From Deinococcales bacterium (GTDB lineage: Bacteria > Deinococcota > Deinococci > Deinococcales > JAAFIG01), in contig JANNVX010000098.1 in assembly GCA_031414595.1 (NCBI GenBank), forward strand, positions 64,001 through 128,000: a stretch of 64,000 bases of DNA, given 5' to 3'. Of this stretch, positions 1 through 10,545 are shown in pieces. The position numbers were made by a program, and so were the translations under genes. How positions within the stretch are numbered: position 1 is the stretch's first letter; every line of letters begins with the position of its first letter. The notes beneath the pieces were generated by a model, which did not search any database, was not told where the DNA came from, and was given only the letters and a program-made list of their open reading frames with translations.

Positions 1-227
1 ATAATTTGGGCTTCTTTAGCGCTTAACCAAGTCCCCAGTTGGTTTTGAATCGCTTCTGGGTCGTCTTTGACCAGCCCTCGAGCCACCACCAAATGCCCAG
101 ACTCGAGTAGAGCATCTACTAAAAACTGCCCGCTTGAGTCGGTCTCGAGTGTGCGGGTATCAGAGATGGTCAGAATGGCGGCACGGATTTGTTTCTGGGC
201 AGCTTCTCGGTGTGATTCAGATGACAT
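1..227 (-). CDS. moaB: Molybdenum cofactor biosynthesis protein B/MogA family (partial, runs off the window edge)
   Basis: Not in the ORF track; manual translation from ATG at 227 gives MSSESHREAAQKQIRAAILTISDTRTLETDSSGQFLVDALLESGHLVVARGLVKDD, the MoaB/Mog N-terminal motif (TISDTR...D.SG...VKDD). Confidence 0.85.
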   Translation of the reverse strand, partial: MSSESHREAAQKQIRAAILTISDTRTLETDSSGQFLVDALLESGHLVVARGLVKDDPEAIQNQLGTWLSAKEAQI

Positions 228-252
228 AAACCACAGGTTAAGAGTCTGGCAC

Positions 253-792
253 TTAAAACACAAGTCTGATGTTCAATTCGCTTGCCAATAAGCCGTACAA
301 AACATCATCCACCCAAGCGCCCTTAAACCAAAAATTCTCGAGTAGATGTCCTTCTTTTCTAAATCCCAATTTCTCGAGTAAACGCATTGAACTGGTGTTG
401 CGTGGGTCGGTGGTCGCATGGACTCGGTGCAGTTTTAAGGTTGTAAAGGCAAACTCGAGCAGGGCGGTAGCGGCTTCGGTGGCGTAACCTTTTCCTTGAA
501 AAGCAGGGTCAAAACTAAAACCGATTTCAGCTTGGCGGTCCTCGAGCTTAAAAGCCAAATCTCCGATTAACTGGTTCTCGAGCGTCACGGCGATTTGATA
601 CCAATGGTCTTGGGTCGGCTGCTCGAGGTGCTGCATTTGGGCAATCAGGGTTTGTGCTGCCTCTAAAGTGTAGCTTTCCCATGTTTGCAATCGTGCCACA
701 TCGGGGTGATTGCGGTAGGCTGCAAAACGGGCTGCATCGGCGGGTTCAAATGCTCGTAAAGTCAAACGGGCGGTTTGTATTGCTTCAAACAT
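253..792 (-). CDS. GNAT acetyltransferase, RimJ/RimL family
   Basis: TARLTLR start, AEIGF, FQGKGYATEA, N.SS.RLLEKLGF..EG motifs; start moved to MFEAIQ. Confidence 0.85.
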   Translation of the reverse strand: MFEAIQTARLTLRAFEPADAARFAAYRNHPDVARLQTWESYTLEAAQTLIAQMQHLEQPTQDHWYQIAVTLENQLIGDLAFKLEDRQAEIGFSFDPAFQGKGYATEAATALLEFAFTTLKLHRVHATTDPRNTSSMRLLEKLGFRKEGHLLENFWFKGAWVDDVLYGLLASELNIRLVF

Positions 793-1032
793 AAATAACC
801 TTAAAACGCTCGCAAACAAGCGGCATCTCGAGTGTGGGTTGCAGACCAAGTGGCTCGAGAAATGCTTGCCAGTAGACTTCTATCTGTGGCTCGGACATGA
901 TTGCAAAGATAACCTAAGAAATTCTAAATCCAAATACGCACATTGACTTAGGGCTTAAAATTGGTGGATCATGCTTTGGTTAAGCCAGTTCTAAATTGTC
1001 TCGAGGCTGAGTTTTCCTGATATGCTCGCATC

Positions 1033-2172
1033 ATGACTGTGATTCTCGCACCGCGTGGCAAAGCCCGTTATGAAACTGGACACCCTTGGGTTTATAAGTC
1101 CGACATTGCTAAAATGCCCGATAAACCCGGTTTAGAAGACATCCAAGACATTCGTGGCAACCATCTTGGCTGGGCAGCCGTCAATCCAGCGTCTGAAATC
1201 ACGGTGCGTTTTTTATCAAAGGGTTCGGTGCGCCCCAACATCTTGCAGCGCTTGGAACGTGCCATTGAATTTAGGCGCTTTCTGCACGTCAATGGCGATT
1301 CGTTTAGGATTGTCCATTCGGATGCCGATGGACTGCCCGGTTTAACCATAGATAAGTACAACGATTACCTTGTCATTCAGCAAAATTGTGCTGCCCTCGA
1401 GCCGTACTTGCAAGATATGTTGCGGGTTCTAAAACGCGAATATAAACTCAAGGGTATTCTGGGGCGCTTTGACTCGAAAATCCGGACGCTCGAGGGCTTA
1501 GAAATGAAAGTTGAAGCCTTATTCGGCGATGTCCCAGAGTGGATTACCTGCCGTGAAGGAGAAATTAGTTACCGTGTTGACCCGTGGAAAGGGCAGAAAA
1601 CAGGGGCGTTTTTAGACCAGCGTGATAACCGCATTGCCCTTGCTGAAGTCGGTTTTGGTAAGGCACTGGATATTTTCTCCTACCATGCCTCATTTGGGCT
1701 GCATTTAGCTAAGGTCTGTGATTCGGTCGAGTGTATTGACTCGAGTGCCGCCGCCTTAGAACGCGCCGAGGACAACGCCCGTTTGAATGGCATCAGCAAC
1801 ATGATTTTTACCGAAGGCAATGCCTTTGATTGGCTGCACCAAACCGATACTGCTAATCGGTATCACACGATTTCTTTAGACCCACCCGCCCTTGCTAAAG
1901 CCCGCAAAGATTTGGACGGGGCGTATCGGGCGTACAAAGAACTCAATCTTCGGGCGCTTAAATTACTCGAGCCGGGTGGTTTTTTGGGGACTGCCAGTTG
2001 CAGCTTTCATGTCTCCGAAGCCGATTTTTACATCATGCTCGAGGATGCGGCTGCCGATGCTGGGCGGATGGTGCGGATTCTCGAGCGCCGTTCTCAGGCA
2101 GCTTGTCACCCCGAAGTGCTGAATTTTCCCGAGAGTCGGTACTTAAAATATGCACTTTTACAGGTGATGTAG
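1033..2172 (+). CDS. rlmI: PUA-domain class I SAM rRNA methyltransferase (RlmI/m5C1962-like)
   Basis: GHPWVY, DGLPGLTIDKY, GQKTGAFLDQRDNR, LDPPA motifs. Confidence 0.8.
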   Translation: MTVILAPRGKARYETGHPWVYKSDIAKMPDKPGLEDIQDIRGNHLGWAAVNPASEITVRFLSKGSVRPNILQRLERAIEFRRFLHVNGDSFRIVHSDADGLPGLTIDKYNDYLVIQQNCAALEPYLQDMLRVLKREYKLKGILGRFDSKIRTLEGLEMKVEALFGDVPEWITCREGEISYRVDPWKGQKTGAFLDQRDNRIALAEVGFGKALDIFSYHASFGLHLAKVCDSVECIDSSAAALERAEDNARLNGISNMIFTEGNAFDWLHQTDTANRYHTISLDPPALAKARKDLDGAYRAYKELNLRALKLLEPGGFLGTASCSFHVSEADFYIMLEDAAADAGRMVRILERRSQAACHPEVLNFPESRYLKYALLQVM

Positions 2173-2257
2173 GTCTGTTTGTAGGTTGTTAGGTTGTACT
2201 GAGTCCTAAGCTAAAAAAACCAAGACACCAGACTTTCTTAGTGTTAGACTTATAGCT

Positions 2258-2908
2258 ATGCAGGATAAGACCAGCACCGCTTGGGAGTCAGTCGGTTTTG
2301 ACTTGTCTGGTGTCTTGGATTCGGCATCAGCCGGTTTGGTCTTGCGGATGTTGGCGCAGCGTGACCCTGATACATATGCTCATTCTGAACGGGTTTCGCG
2401 TTTGGTGGTGCGAATTGGTGAAGAACTGCATTTAACCCCCGATGAACTCGAGACACTGCGGCTTGGGGCGCTTCTGCACGACATTGGTAAAATTTCGGTC
2501 AATCTTGGGATTTTGAATAAACCCTCTAAACTCGAGTCGCACGAATATGTTTTGGTGCAGAATCATACGGTGCTTGGCTTTGAGTTCTTACAAAATGTTC
2601 CGGGTCTCGAGCGCTTTGCCTTAATTGCCCGTTCGCACCATGAGCGCTATGATGGCAAAGGCTATCCAGACCTTTTGGTTGGTGAGGATATTCCGTTTTT
2701 GGCGCGGATTGTGGCTGTGGCAGATTCTTTGGATGTCATGCTCAACGGTCGGGTCTATCAAAAACGGCGTACTCCAAGAGATATTATTTTGGAAGTCTCT
2801 AAAAATGTGCGAACCCATTTTGACCCGCAAGTGGTCAATGCTTTAATGAATGTTTGGCAATCTGGGGCGTTACCGCTCGAGGAAGCCGAATCTCAGCTGA
2901 CCGAATAA
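2258..2908 (+). CDS. HD-GYP domain phosphodiesterase
   Basis: HSERV, LLHDIGK, HHERYDGKGYP motifs. Confidence 0.9.
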   Translation: MQDKTSTAWESVGFDLSGVLDSASAGLVLRMLAQRDPDTYAHSERVSRLVVRIGEELHLTPDELETLRLGALLHDIGKISVNLGILNKPSKLESHEYVLVQNHTVLGFEFLQNVPGLERFALIARSHHERYDGKGYPDLLVGEDIPFLARIVAVADSLDVMLNGRVYQKRRTPRDIILEVSKNVRTHFDPQVVNALMNVWQSGALPLEEAESQLTE

Positions 2909-2967
2909 AACAAGTGTTTGTTTGTGGCTATCACTTTGCAATCGGGGCTTTTCTTAGTCTCAAGCAT

Positions 2968-2996
2968 TTGTTAAACTGTCGCTGTTCTTGTATAAT
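2968..2996 (+). promoter_or_regulatory. Putative sigma70 promoter of the nuo operon
   Basis: TTGTTA-17 nt-TATAAT upstream of nuoA. Confidence 0.65.
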
Positions 2997-3001
2997 TTGC
3001 T

Positions 3002-3019
3002 TCGTGAAAGATAGCACGA
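3002..3019. promoter_or_regulatory. Putative Rex-like operator
   Basis: Palindrome TCGTG-N8-CACGA just downstream of the -10; same geometry as the Rex consensus TTGTG-N8-CACAA. Confidence 0.45.
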
Positions 3020-3044
3020 GCAATCAACCTTGGAGGAAACCATT

Positions 3045-3398
3045 GTGAACCAATACCTAAATGTCTTTATCATGTTCCTTGTCGCGGCAGGCATCGGTGT
3101 GCTTGCCCTGATTGTTGGGGCAGTCCTCGGACCTAAAAAACCTTCTCGAGCCAAAAACATGAGTTATGAAAGTGGTAATGATCCCATCGGTAGCGCTCGA
3201 GAACGCTTCCCAGTCCATTTTTACTTAGTAGCGATGCTCTTTATTATTTTTGACATCGAAACCGCATTCTTTTACCCCTTGGCAGTTGCCTACAATAAAC
3301 TCGGGCTATTTGCCTTTTATGAAGCCCTAGCCTTTGTTTTCTTGGTCGGTATTGGGTACTTTTATATCCTTAAAAAAGGCATTCTGGACTGGAAATAA
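3045..3398 (+). CDS. nuoA: NADH-quinone oxidoreductase subunit A
   Basis: [21 protein letters not shown] motifs; GTG start after GGAGG. Confidence 0.95.
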   Translation: MNQYLNVFIMFLVAAGIGVLALIVGAVLGPKKPSRAKNMSYESGNDPIGSARERFPVHFYLVAMLFIIFDIETAFFYPLAVAYNKLGLFAFYEALAFVFLVGIGYFYILKKGILDWK

Positions 3399-3453
3399 AT
3401 CAGCTTTGAGTTATCAGCTTTGGGCTTTGAGGCAACAAAACTTAGGAGTAACA

Positions 3454-3993
3454 ATGTCAACCCTAAAAGACTTATTTGAAAAAGATGTCCAAGAACTCGA
3501 GAACGAGGGAATAGTTTTTGCGACCCTCGAGAAACTGGTGGCTTGGGGACGCAGCAATTCTATGTGGCCCATGACCTTTGGGCTTGCTTGCTGCGCCATT
3601 GAAATGATGGCATCCACCGATGCCCGCAACGACCTTGCACGGTTTGGCTCGGAAGTATTTCGGGCTTCGCCGCGTCAGTCTGATGTTTTAATTGTGGCTG
3701 GGCGTTTAAGTAAAAAAATGGCACCCGTGATGCGCCGAGTGTATGACCAAATGCCCGACCCTAAATGGGTGATTTCAATGGGCGCATGTGCCTCGAGCGG
3801 CGGCATGTTCAACAATTACGCGATTGTCCAGAACGTAGATAGTGTTGTTCCCGTGGATATTTTTGTCCCCGGCTGTCCGCCCCGCCCCGAAGGACTGATT
3901 TACGCCGTGATGCAACTGCAAAAGAAAGTACGCGGCGAAGCCATGGATGATTTTGGTACGCCCCTACCAATGGTGGAAGCATGGACAAGATAA
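3454..3993 (+). CDS. nuoB: NADH-quinone oxidoreductase subunit B
   Basis: [35 protein letters not shown]. Confidence 0.97.
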   Translation: MSTLKDLFEKDVQELENEGIVFATLEKLVAWGRSNSMWPMTFGLACCAIEMMASTDARNDLARFGSEVFRASPRQSDVLIVAGRLSKKMAPVMRRVYDQMPDPKWVISMGACASSGGMFNNYAIVQNVDSVVPVDIFVPGCPPRPEGLIYAVMQLQKKVRGEAMDDFGTPLPMVEAWTR

Positions 3994-3996
3994 ATA

Positions 3997-4063
3997 ACCG
4001 TAGGGGCGAGGTTGTCTTGACCCTAAACATGCACCTAGCGGGCAGGGTCGCACGCCTCGCCCT
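3997..4063. repeat. GTAG-type REP-like element (nuoB/nuoC)
   Basis: CGTAGGGGCGAG...CTCGCCC; ~66 nt copy nearly identical to 24014-24079. Confidence 0.8.
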
Positions 4064-4078
4064 CTTTGGAGGACACCC

Positions 4079-4684
4079 ATGAGTTCATTAGTTACCGCCC
4101 TCGAGAAAGCTGGCTTGCGCGAATACCCAATTCTCGAGGGGAAAATCAAAACGGTTGTCGCAGCACTGGACACCTTCAAAGCCTTTTTATTTGAATGTAA
4201 AGCTGTCGGTTTTAGTCTCTGTGCCGATCTCATGGGCGTGGATTACCTCGAGTACACCGAATTTATGCCCGAGCGCTTTGCTGTTATTTATAACTTGTTA
4301 AATGCTAAAAATGGTGAACGGATTCTGGTTAAAGTTTATGTCCCAGATGCTATAAAAATCCCAACCGTGACCGATATTTGGCGCACTGCCGAGTACCATG
4401 AACGCGAAGTGTATGACTTACTGGGGATTGAATTCTCCGACCATCCAGATATGCGTAAAATCCTCACCCCAGAAGATTTAGACGGGCATCCGCTTCGTAA
4501 GGATTTCCCGCTTGGCGAAACGCCAACGCTTTTTCGTGAAGGGCGCTTCTTAGACCCTTCGGCTTTTCGGGCTGGCTTAAGTGGTAAGGATACTGGTTTA
4601 TCGGGTTGGCGCGGTGGGTCACGCATAGACTCGAGCCTGATTCCGAAGTTGCCAACCGCAATTCCAGTATCAAAGGAGAAATGA
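4079..4684 (+). CDS. nuoC: NADH-quinone oxidoreductase subunit C
   Basis: EREVYDLLGIEF.DHPDMRKIL, GHPLRKDFPL. Confidence 0.95.
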   Translation: MSSLVTALEKAGLREYPILEGKIKTVVAALDTFKAFLFECKAVGFSLCADLMGVDYLEYTEFMPERFAVIYNLLNAKNGERILVKVYVPDAIKIPTVTDIWRTAEYHEREVYDLLGIEFSDHPDMRKILTPEDLDGHPLRKDFPLGETPTLFREGRFLDPSAFRAGLSGKDTGLSGWRGGSRIDSSLIPKLPTAIPVSKEK

Positions 4685-4687
4685 GTT

Positions 4688-5959
4688 ATGGCAAAAGTCA
4701 AAGAAAAACCAGTCATGCCAAAGCTCGAGACTCGAGCCGAAGTGATTATTCCCCAAGAACGCTCAGAATTAACGGGTGGGTCTGGTTTGCTGCACACCGA
4801 AATCATGCGCCTCAACGTTGGACCGCAACATCCAAGCACCCACGGTGTACTGAGAGTGGTAGTGGACATGGAGGGCGAATACGTCAAGCGGGTCGAACCG
4901 CACATTGGCTATTTGCATACTGGCTTTGAAAAAACCATGGAGAACCGCACCTACGCCCAAAACTTTACTTTTGCACCACGTATGGATTACTTGCACGGCT
5001 TTGGGTATGAGTTAGCCTACGCGCTGCCAGTTGAGCAACTTGTGGGCGCAGAAGTCCCAGACCGCGCTCGAGAAATCCGTGTGCTGCTGGTTGAACTCAA
5101 CCGCATCTCGAGCCACTTGGTTTTTTTAGGCACGGGCTTACTAGATTTAGGCGCTTTAACCCCATTTTTTTATACATTTGTCGAACGCGAAGCGATTTTA
5201 GATATTTTTGAAGCGATTGGCGGACAGCGCTTGCACCAAGGCTACTTTCGGGTTGGCGGCGTTGCCAAAGATACCCCAGACGGCTTTGAGGGCATGGTCA
5301 AAAAATTCCTTGATACGTTTGATGCCAAAGTAGACGAATACGAAAAACTCTTCAAAACTAATCCGATTTTTCTCGAGCGTACTCAGAACACTGGTATCAT
5401 GTCCGAAGCTGTGGCGCTGGATTTAGGCATCACTGGACCAAATCTTCGGGCTTCGGGTGTGGCGCTTGACCACCGCAAAACCACGCCGTATTCGGGTTAC
5501 GAACAATACGACTTTGATGTTCCACTTGGTACACATGGCGATAGCTTTGACCGCTTTGTGGTGCGTGTCCAAGAAATGCGTGAATCGGCAAAAATTTGTC
5601 GCCAAGCACTCTCGAGATTAAAGCCCGGCGCAATCCAAGACCCAAATCGCAAAATCAGCTTGCCGCCCCGCGAAGAACTCGAGACCAGTATGGAAGCTGT
5701 GATTCACCACTTTAAGCTGGTGACAGAAGGTTATCATCCGCCTAAAGGCGAGGCGTATGTGCCAACTGAATCGGCTCGAGGTGAACTGGGGTGTTATATC
5801 GTTTCTGACGGCGGCAGTATGCCCTACCGCATTCATTTCCGCGCCCCAAGCTTTGTCAATTTGCAAGCCTTGCCCGTAATTGGCATTGGTGGATTATTCG
5901 CCGACCTGATTACTGTAATCGCCAGCCTTGACCCCGTGATGGGCGACGTAGACAGGTGA
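4688..5959 (+). CDS. nuoD: NADH-quinone oxidoreductase subunit D
   Basis: [33 protein letters not shown]-terminus. Confidence 0.97.
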   Translation: MAKVKEKPVMPKLETRAEVIIPQERSELTGGSGLLHTEIMRLNVGPQHPSTHGVLRVVVDMEGEYVKRVEPHIGYLHTGFEKTMENRTYAQNFTFAPRMDYLHGFGYELAYALPVEQLVGAEVPDRAREIRVLLVELNRISSHLVFLGTGLLDLGALTPFFYTFVEREAILDIFEAIGGQRLHQGYFRVGGVAKDTPDGFEGMVKKFLDTFDAKVDEYEKLFKTNPIFLERTQNTGIMSEAVALDLGITGPNLRASGVALDHRKTTPYSGYEQYDFDVPLGTHGDSFDRFVVRVQEMRESAKICRQALSRLKPGAIQDPNRKISLPPREELETSMEAVIHHFKLVTEGYHPPKGEAYVPTESARGELGCYIVSDGGSMPYRIHFRAPSFVNLQALPVIGIGGLFADLITVIASLDPVMGDVDR

Positions 5960-5963
5960 GAAT

Positions 5964-6686
5964 ATGAGTCAAACTGCCGAACAAGAATACATGGAACGAC
6001 TGACCCAAGCAGTCAACAACAGTGTGGATTTTAATCAAGAATTTAAGTCTGACTTACACCAATTCAAACTCGAGCAGTTTTACGAAATGTTTGCTCAAGA
6101 AATTCTGTTTTACAAACCTATTGAACTCTTAAACGGTCAAGTCTGGGGCGAAGGAATTCTCGTTACTTACGACGCTGACGACATGAAAAAACTGCATCAC
6201 TCGAGAATACTGATACCAGACCAGCCTGTCGAACTGATTAACGGACATTTTTTCAAAACACCAATATCCACACAAGCCCAAACCAATGCAGCCATTGATT
6301 TAAGCACCGAAATGCTTAGAGGATTAGGTGACAATGCTATTTCTCGAGGCGGTTATGACATCGAACTTGGTGCAAAATTTGTGGTTTCCCCAGAAATTGC
6401 CATTCTACAAGCCCCTCGGGAACGATACAATCATCGCAACGCCACTCTCGGCGACGTGTACTTATTGGTCGAAGTTCTAGCCGAAAAACCTAAGTATTGG
6501 GATTACAAACTTTCAGCCTATGCTCGAGCTTGCGTACCAGAACTCTGGGTGCTGAATACAAGCACCCAACAACTTGAGATTTATGCAGACTCAGACGGTG
6601 TGGAATTCTTGCATCAAGTCAAGCTCGAAAAAGGACAACCAGCCACACCACTCGAGTTTCCAGATGTGCAAATCAGGTGGTGGTGA
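5964..6686 (+). CDS. Uma2 (DUF820) family endonuclease-like protein, atypical
   Basis: VELING, LLVEV, K...YARACVPELWVLN; N-terminal motif appears duplicated. Confidence 0.75.
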   Translation: MSQTAEQEYMERLTQAVNNSVDFNQEFKSDLHQFKLEQFYEMFAQEILFYKPIELLNGQVWGEGILVTYDADDMKKLHHSRILIPDQPVELINGHFFKTPISTQAQTNAAIDLSTEMLRGLGDNAISRGGYDIELGAKFVVSPEIAILQAPRERYNHRNATLGDVYLLVEVLAEKPKYWDYKLSAYARACVPELWVLNTSTQQLEIYADSDGVEFLHQVKLEKGQPATPLEFPDVQIRWW

Positions 6687-7252
6687 TGACCCAAATTTTA
6701 GAACGCCCACAAGACGCTAATTACCCACATCGGTTTAGTGTTCTCGAGTTTGAACGCTTGTTTGAAGCAGGGGTTTTTGGTGAAGAAATTCAAGTTGAAT
6801 TGCTAGACGGAGAAATTTTTGTTATGCCAGAAATGGGAGATGACCACGCCGACAGTCTGACACGACTGACCAAACAACTGATTCGTAAACTCGGTGATTA
6901 CGTCGAGCTTGCCCCACAAATTCCGTTGGATTTACCCGAAGGTGAAACCCGTCCACTGCCCGATTTTATTGTGATTGACATTAAAAAATATGGTCGGCGT
7001 AAACCGATTCCTAGCGATGTGTTCTTCTTAATCGAAATTTCGGATACTACACTGCATAAAGACCGCAACCGCAAAGCCCAAATTTATGCCCGAAACGGGA
7101 TTCTCGAGTATTGGATTGTGAACTTAAAAAACAAGCAACTCGAGGTCTATCGCAACCCAGAAAATGGTGTTTACCCAAAACCACAAATTTTGCAAATCGG
7201 TCAAGCAATTGCGCCCTTGGCATTCCCAGATGTTTTAATTGAGTGGTGGTGA
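6686..7252 (+). CDS. Uma2 (DUF820) family endonuclease
   Basis: HRFSV, VELLDGEI, PLPD, LIEISDTTL.KDR..KAQIYARNGILEYWIVNL. Confidence 0.9.
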   Translation: MTQILERPQDANYPHRFSVLEFERLFEAGVFGEEIQVELLDGEIFVMPEMGDDHADSLTRLTKQLIRKLGDYVELAPQIPLDLPEGETRPLPDFIVIDIKKYGRRKPIPSDVFFLIEISDTTLHKDRNRKAQIYARNGILEYWIVNLKNKQLEVYRNPENGVYPKPQILQIGQAIAPLAFPDVLIEWW

Positions 7253-7262
7253 AAGGAGATTT

Positions 7263-7502
7263 ATGAGTGACGACGAAAAGAAATTACTTCATGCGATTCA
7301 AGATTTACACTTTGCTGTCAGGGATTTAAGTCAGGGATTTGCTCCCGCCAGACCTCGAGACGAAAGTGATTTACGTTACCAATCAAATGAATCTTTTGGT
7401 TCTGGGTTTAATTTACTACATAAAGCATTTGAAGTGATAATAAAAAATCAGGAAAAACAAATCGAATTACTCGAGACTATTGCTCGAAATAGTCGTAGAT
7501 AG
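7263..7502 (+). CDS. Hypothetical protein (79 aa)
   Basis: ORF with AGGAGA RBS between Uma2 and nuoE. Confidence 0.55.
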   Translation: MSDDEKKLLHAIQDLHFAVRDLSQGFAPARPRDESDLRYQSNESFGSGFNLLHKAFEVIIKNQEKQIELLETIARNSRR

Positions 7503-7518
7503 TTTTGGAGGTTCAACC

Positions 7519-8100
7519 GTGAGTTTCTTTACCAATCAACAAGCCCTTGTTCAAGACATTCTCTCGAGATACCCAAAAGGACGCGAACGCAGCGCGGTGA
7601 TGCCGCTCCTGCGCGAAGTCCAGAATGCCGAAGGCTATGTCTCGGATGCGGCTTGTGCTGAAATCGCGCAAATCATCGAAAGTACCGCCACCGAAGTCAA
7701 ATCAGTCATGAGCTTCTACAGCACCTACTCGAGCAGCCCGACAGGAAAGTATCACCTTCAAGTCTGCATGACCTTATCCTGTGCGTTGCAAGGTTCTGAC
7801 CAAATGTGGGATTACTTGTGCGAAACCCTTGATATTGGCGTGGGCGATGTTACCCCAGATGGCTTATTCAGCGTCCAGAAAGTCGAATGTCTAGGCTCAT
7901 GTGGCACTGCGCCCCTGATGCAAGTTTCGGATAGCGGTTATTACGAATGCCTGACCAAAAAACGCTTGGATGCCCTGCTTGCTGATTTCAAGGCTCGAGG
8001 CGATGGCAGTATGCCCGAATCGGATACCCAAGCCCCAGTCTTTATTCAAAGAAATGGTGATGTGGTGAGCCAAATCACTGCCGAAGGAGCAAGTTTATGA
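7519..8100 (+). CDS. nuoE: NADH-quinone oxidoreductase subunit E
   Basis: [23 protein letters not shown] 2Fe-2S motifs; GTG start after GGAGG. Confidence 0.95.
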   Translation: MSFFTNQQALVQDILSRYPKGRERSAVMPLLREVQNAEGYVSDAACAEIAQIIESTATEVKSVMSFYSTYSSSPTGKYHLQVCMTLSCALQGSDQMWDYLCETLDIGVGDVTPDGLFSVQKVECLGSCGTAPLMQVSDSGYYECLTKKRLDALLADFKARGDGSMPESDTQAPVFIQRNGDVVSQITAEGASL

Positions 8101-9455
8101 CTTTAGTTGCTGAAGCACCTGTAGCTGAAAAACCAAAAAGCATTACCAGTGGACTCGACCCGCGTTTCAAACCACGATTGTACGAACACGTTGGGCAAAA
8201 TAATTCGTGGACGCTCGAGTACGCCCTGCGTCATGGCGCTTACGAAGGTGCAAAACGTGCCTTGGCTGGAACACCAGAATCAGTCCAAGATGAAGTCAAA
8301 AAATCAGGTTTGCGCGGACGTGGCGGCGCTGGTTTCCCGACGGGCTTAAAGTGGTCATTTATGCCCAAAGAAGATGGCAAACCCCATTATTTGGTCTGCA
8401 ACGCCGATGAATCCGAACCCGGCACGTATAAAGACCGTTACTTGATGGAAGCCGACCCACACCAGTTACTTGAGGGAATGCTTGTGGGAATGCACGCCAT
8501 CCGCGCCAATGTTGGTTACATTTATATTCGCGGCGAGTACATTCTTGGCGCAAATCGCTTAAACGCTGCGATAGCCGAGGCTCGAGCCGCAGGGATTTTT
8601 GGCGAAAATGCGCTTGGTTTTGGTAAAAGTATGGAAGTTTTTGTACATCGCGGGGCTGGGGCATACATTTGCGGTGAAGAAACCGCGTTGATGAATTCAC
8701 TCGAGGGGCTACGAGCCAATCCGCGCCTGAAGCCACCGTTTCCTGCTCAAGCTGGAATTTTTGGAATGCCAAGCACTGTTAATAATGTGGTCAGTATCGC
8801 TTCGGCTGCCCTAATATTGCGCCACGGTGCGGACTGGTTCTCGAGCATGGGGACAGAAAAAAGCAAAGGGAATTTCTTGTTTCATATTTCCGGACCCGTT
8901 AAGCGTCCGGGCGTGTACGAATTGCCACTTGGCACAACTTACCGCGAGATTATTTACACTTGGGGCGGTGGACCAACGGAAAGCATCAAAGCCTTTAACC
9001 CCGGTGGCTCGAGTACCCCGATGCTTCCATTCACTGATGAGATTCTGGACATGCCAGCCGATTACGAAAATTGCGCTGCCAAAGGAACTTTTCTTGGTAC
9101 GGGCGGAATTATCTTGATTCCCCAAAATTGCGATATTGTCAATATGATGTACAACTATGTTCGTTTTTATGGTCACGAATCTTGTGGCAAATGCACCCCA
9201 TGCCGTGAAGGAATTGGTACTTGGATGAATCGTATCTTCCAAAAACTGATTTCTGGTAAAGGCGACCCGAACGATGTAAAAATTCTCGAGGATTTATTTG
9301 GCAACATCAAAGGCAAATCGTTTTGTTTGCTTGCCGATTCGTGCATTATGCCAGTGCAGAGTGCCATGAAACTTTTCCGTGATGAATTTGAATATATTGC
9401 TCAGCATGGTAAACCGATATATACAGGTTACGGCAATCGCTGGAAAGACGAATAG
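8097..9455 (+). CDS. nuoF: NADH-quinone oxidoreductase subunit F
   Basis: [50 protein letters not shown]. Confidence 0.97.
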   Translation: MTLVAEAPVAEKPKSITSGLDPRFKPRLYEHVGQNNSWTLEYALRHGAYEGAKRALAGTPESVQDEVKKSGLRGRGGAGFPTGLKWSFMPKEDGKPHYLVCNADESEPGTYKDRYLMEADPHQLLEGMLVGMHAIRANVGYIYIRGEYILGANRLNAAIAEARAAGIFGENALGFGKSMEVFVHRGAGAYICGEETALMNSLEGLRANPRLKPPFPAQAGIFGMPSTVNNVVSIASAALILRHGADWFSSMGTEKSKGNFLFHISGPVKRPGVYELPLGTTYREIIYTWGGGPTESIKAFNPGGSSTPMLPFTDEILDMPADYENCAAKGTFLGTGGIILIPQNCDIVNMMYNYVRFYGHESCGKCTPCREGIGTWMNRIFQKLISGKGDPNDVKILEDLFGNIKGKSFCLLADSCIMPVQSAMKLFRDEFEYIAQHGKPIYTGYGNRWKDE

Positions 9456-9570
9456 ATTCTCGAGAAGGAGGTGAACCCGTGATGCAAGATTATTTATTTC
9501 AAAAGCTGCCACGCTCGAGCTTTGGGCGGCATTGCGGGTTTAGCTCCAAGTATTCTCGAATTGAATTGAA

Positions 9571-10545
9571 GTGGCGGATATGAAAGAAATTATTGTCCAC
9601 CAAGTCAACATTGCCCATTATCGGTTGCTCGAGCTAACGCTGTTGGCTGACCAAGCCAAACCGTTTTATGATTGGATTGAAAAAACTGCTCGACAAATCA
9701 CAGGCTCGCACTTAACCCTGAATGAATTGCTGCTGACTTGCACAAAAGAACAACTCAAAAGTATTGTGATGGCTTGTTATACCCAAACGACGCAACAAAA
9801 ACCATTTCTGTTTGATGGTGTTGGGCGAGCCTACCCCCATAAAAAAGCCTGTTTCTATTTTTTTGCATGGATGATACGAGATGCACCTCAACAACGACTC
9901 GCGCCACTTATCTCGAGAATGCAAAAACTTGTCAGACTCGAGAAAATAGTAATTGAAACAGATAGTCTAATCGAACTGATTTTCGAGTACAGAACGAATG
10001 TCAAGTCTTTTGAATGGCAAGCTGTTCGTGAGGTCGTGATTGACCGTTTAGAAGGCTCGAGGCGAAGTATCAGTGGTAACAAAATAGAAGCCGATGTGCG
10101 AATTGGTTTAGGAATTGCCTTGCAGTGGTATTACGCGGTTCATGGCAATTATGGTCAGTTCAAAGAAATTCAAATTGCTGATAAGCAAATCAAAGTCGGC
10201 AATCACACCATAGATGTATCTGCGAATTTAATTTTAGAGAACAAACAAAGTAAACAAATTTTTATTCCCGTGAAAACCCGAGAAACCGAAGGCGGCGGGC
10301 ATTCACACTTATTCACTCGAGACATCATGAATGCCATAACAGATATTCAATCAGCCAATTGTTTTATTGTGGCGGTCATCATTGCCGAAAATTGGTCAGT
10401 TCATGAACTCGAGACAATCAAAAATCAAATAGATTTGGTACTGTATTTCAACATGAACCCCAATGTTTTTACGGGTTTTGACCAAGCCTCACAAATACAA
10501 TTTAATCAACTTATCGAAAAAATTCTGCAAGGACAAGCATCATGA
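9571..10545 (+). CDS. Putative type II restriction endonuclease
   Basis: Overlaps the following MTase (ATGA); PD-(D/E)xK-like residues (IDVS...IPVKTRE); inferred from context. Confidence 0.5.
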   Translation: MADMKEIIVHQVNIAHYRLLELTLLADQAKPFYDWIEKTARQITGSHLTLNELLLTCTKEQLKSIVMACYTQTTQQKPFLFDGVGRAYPHKKACFYFFAWMIRDAPQQRLAPLISRMQKLVRLEKIVIETDSLIELIFEYRTNVKSFEWQAVREVVIDRLEGSRRSISGNKIEADVRIGLGIALQWYYAVHGNYGQFKEIQIADKQIKVGNHTIDVSANLILENKQSKQIFIPVKTRETEGGGHSHLFTRDIMNAITDIQSANCFIVAVIIAENWSVHELETIKNQIDLVLYFNMNPNVFTGFDQASQIQFNQLIEKILQGQAS

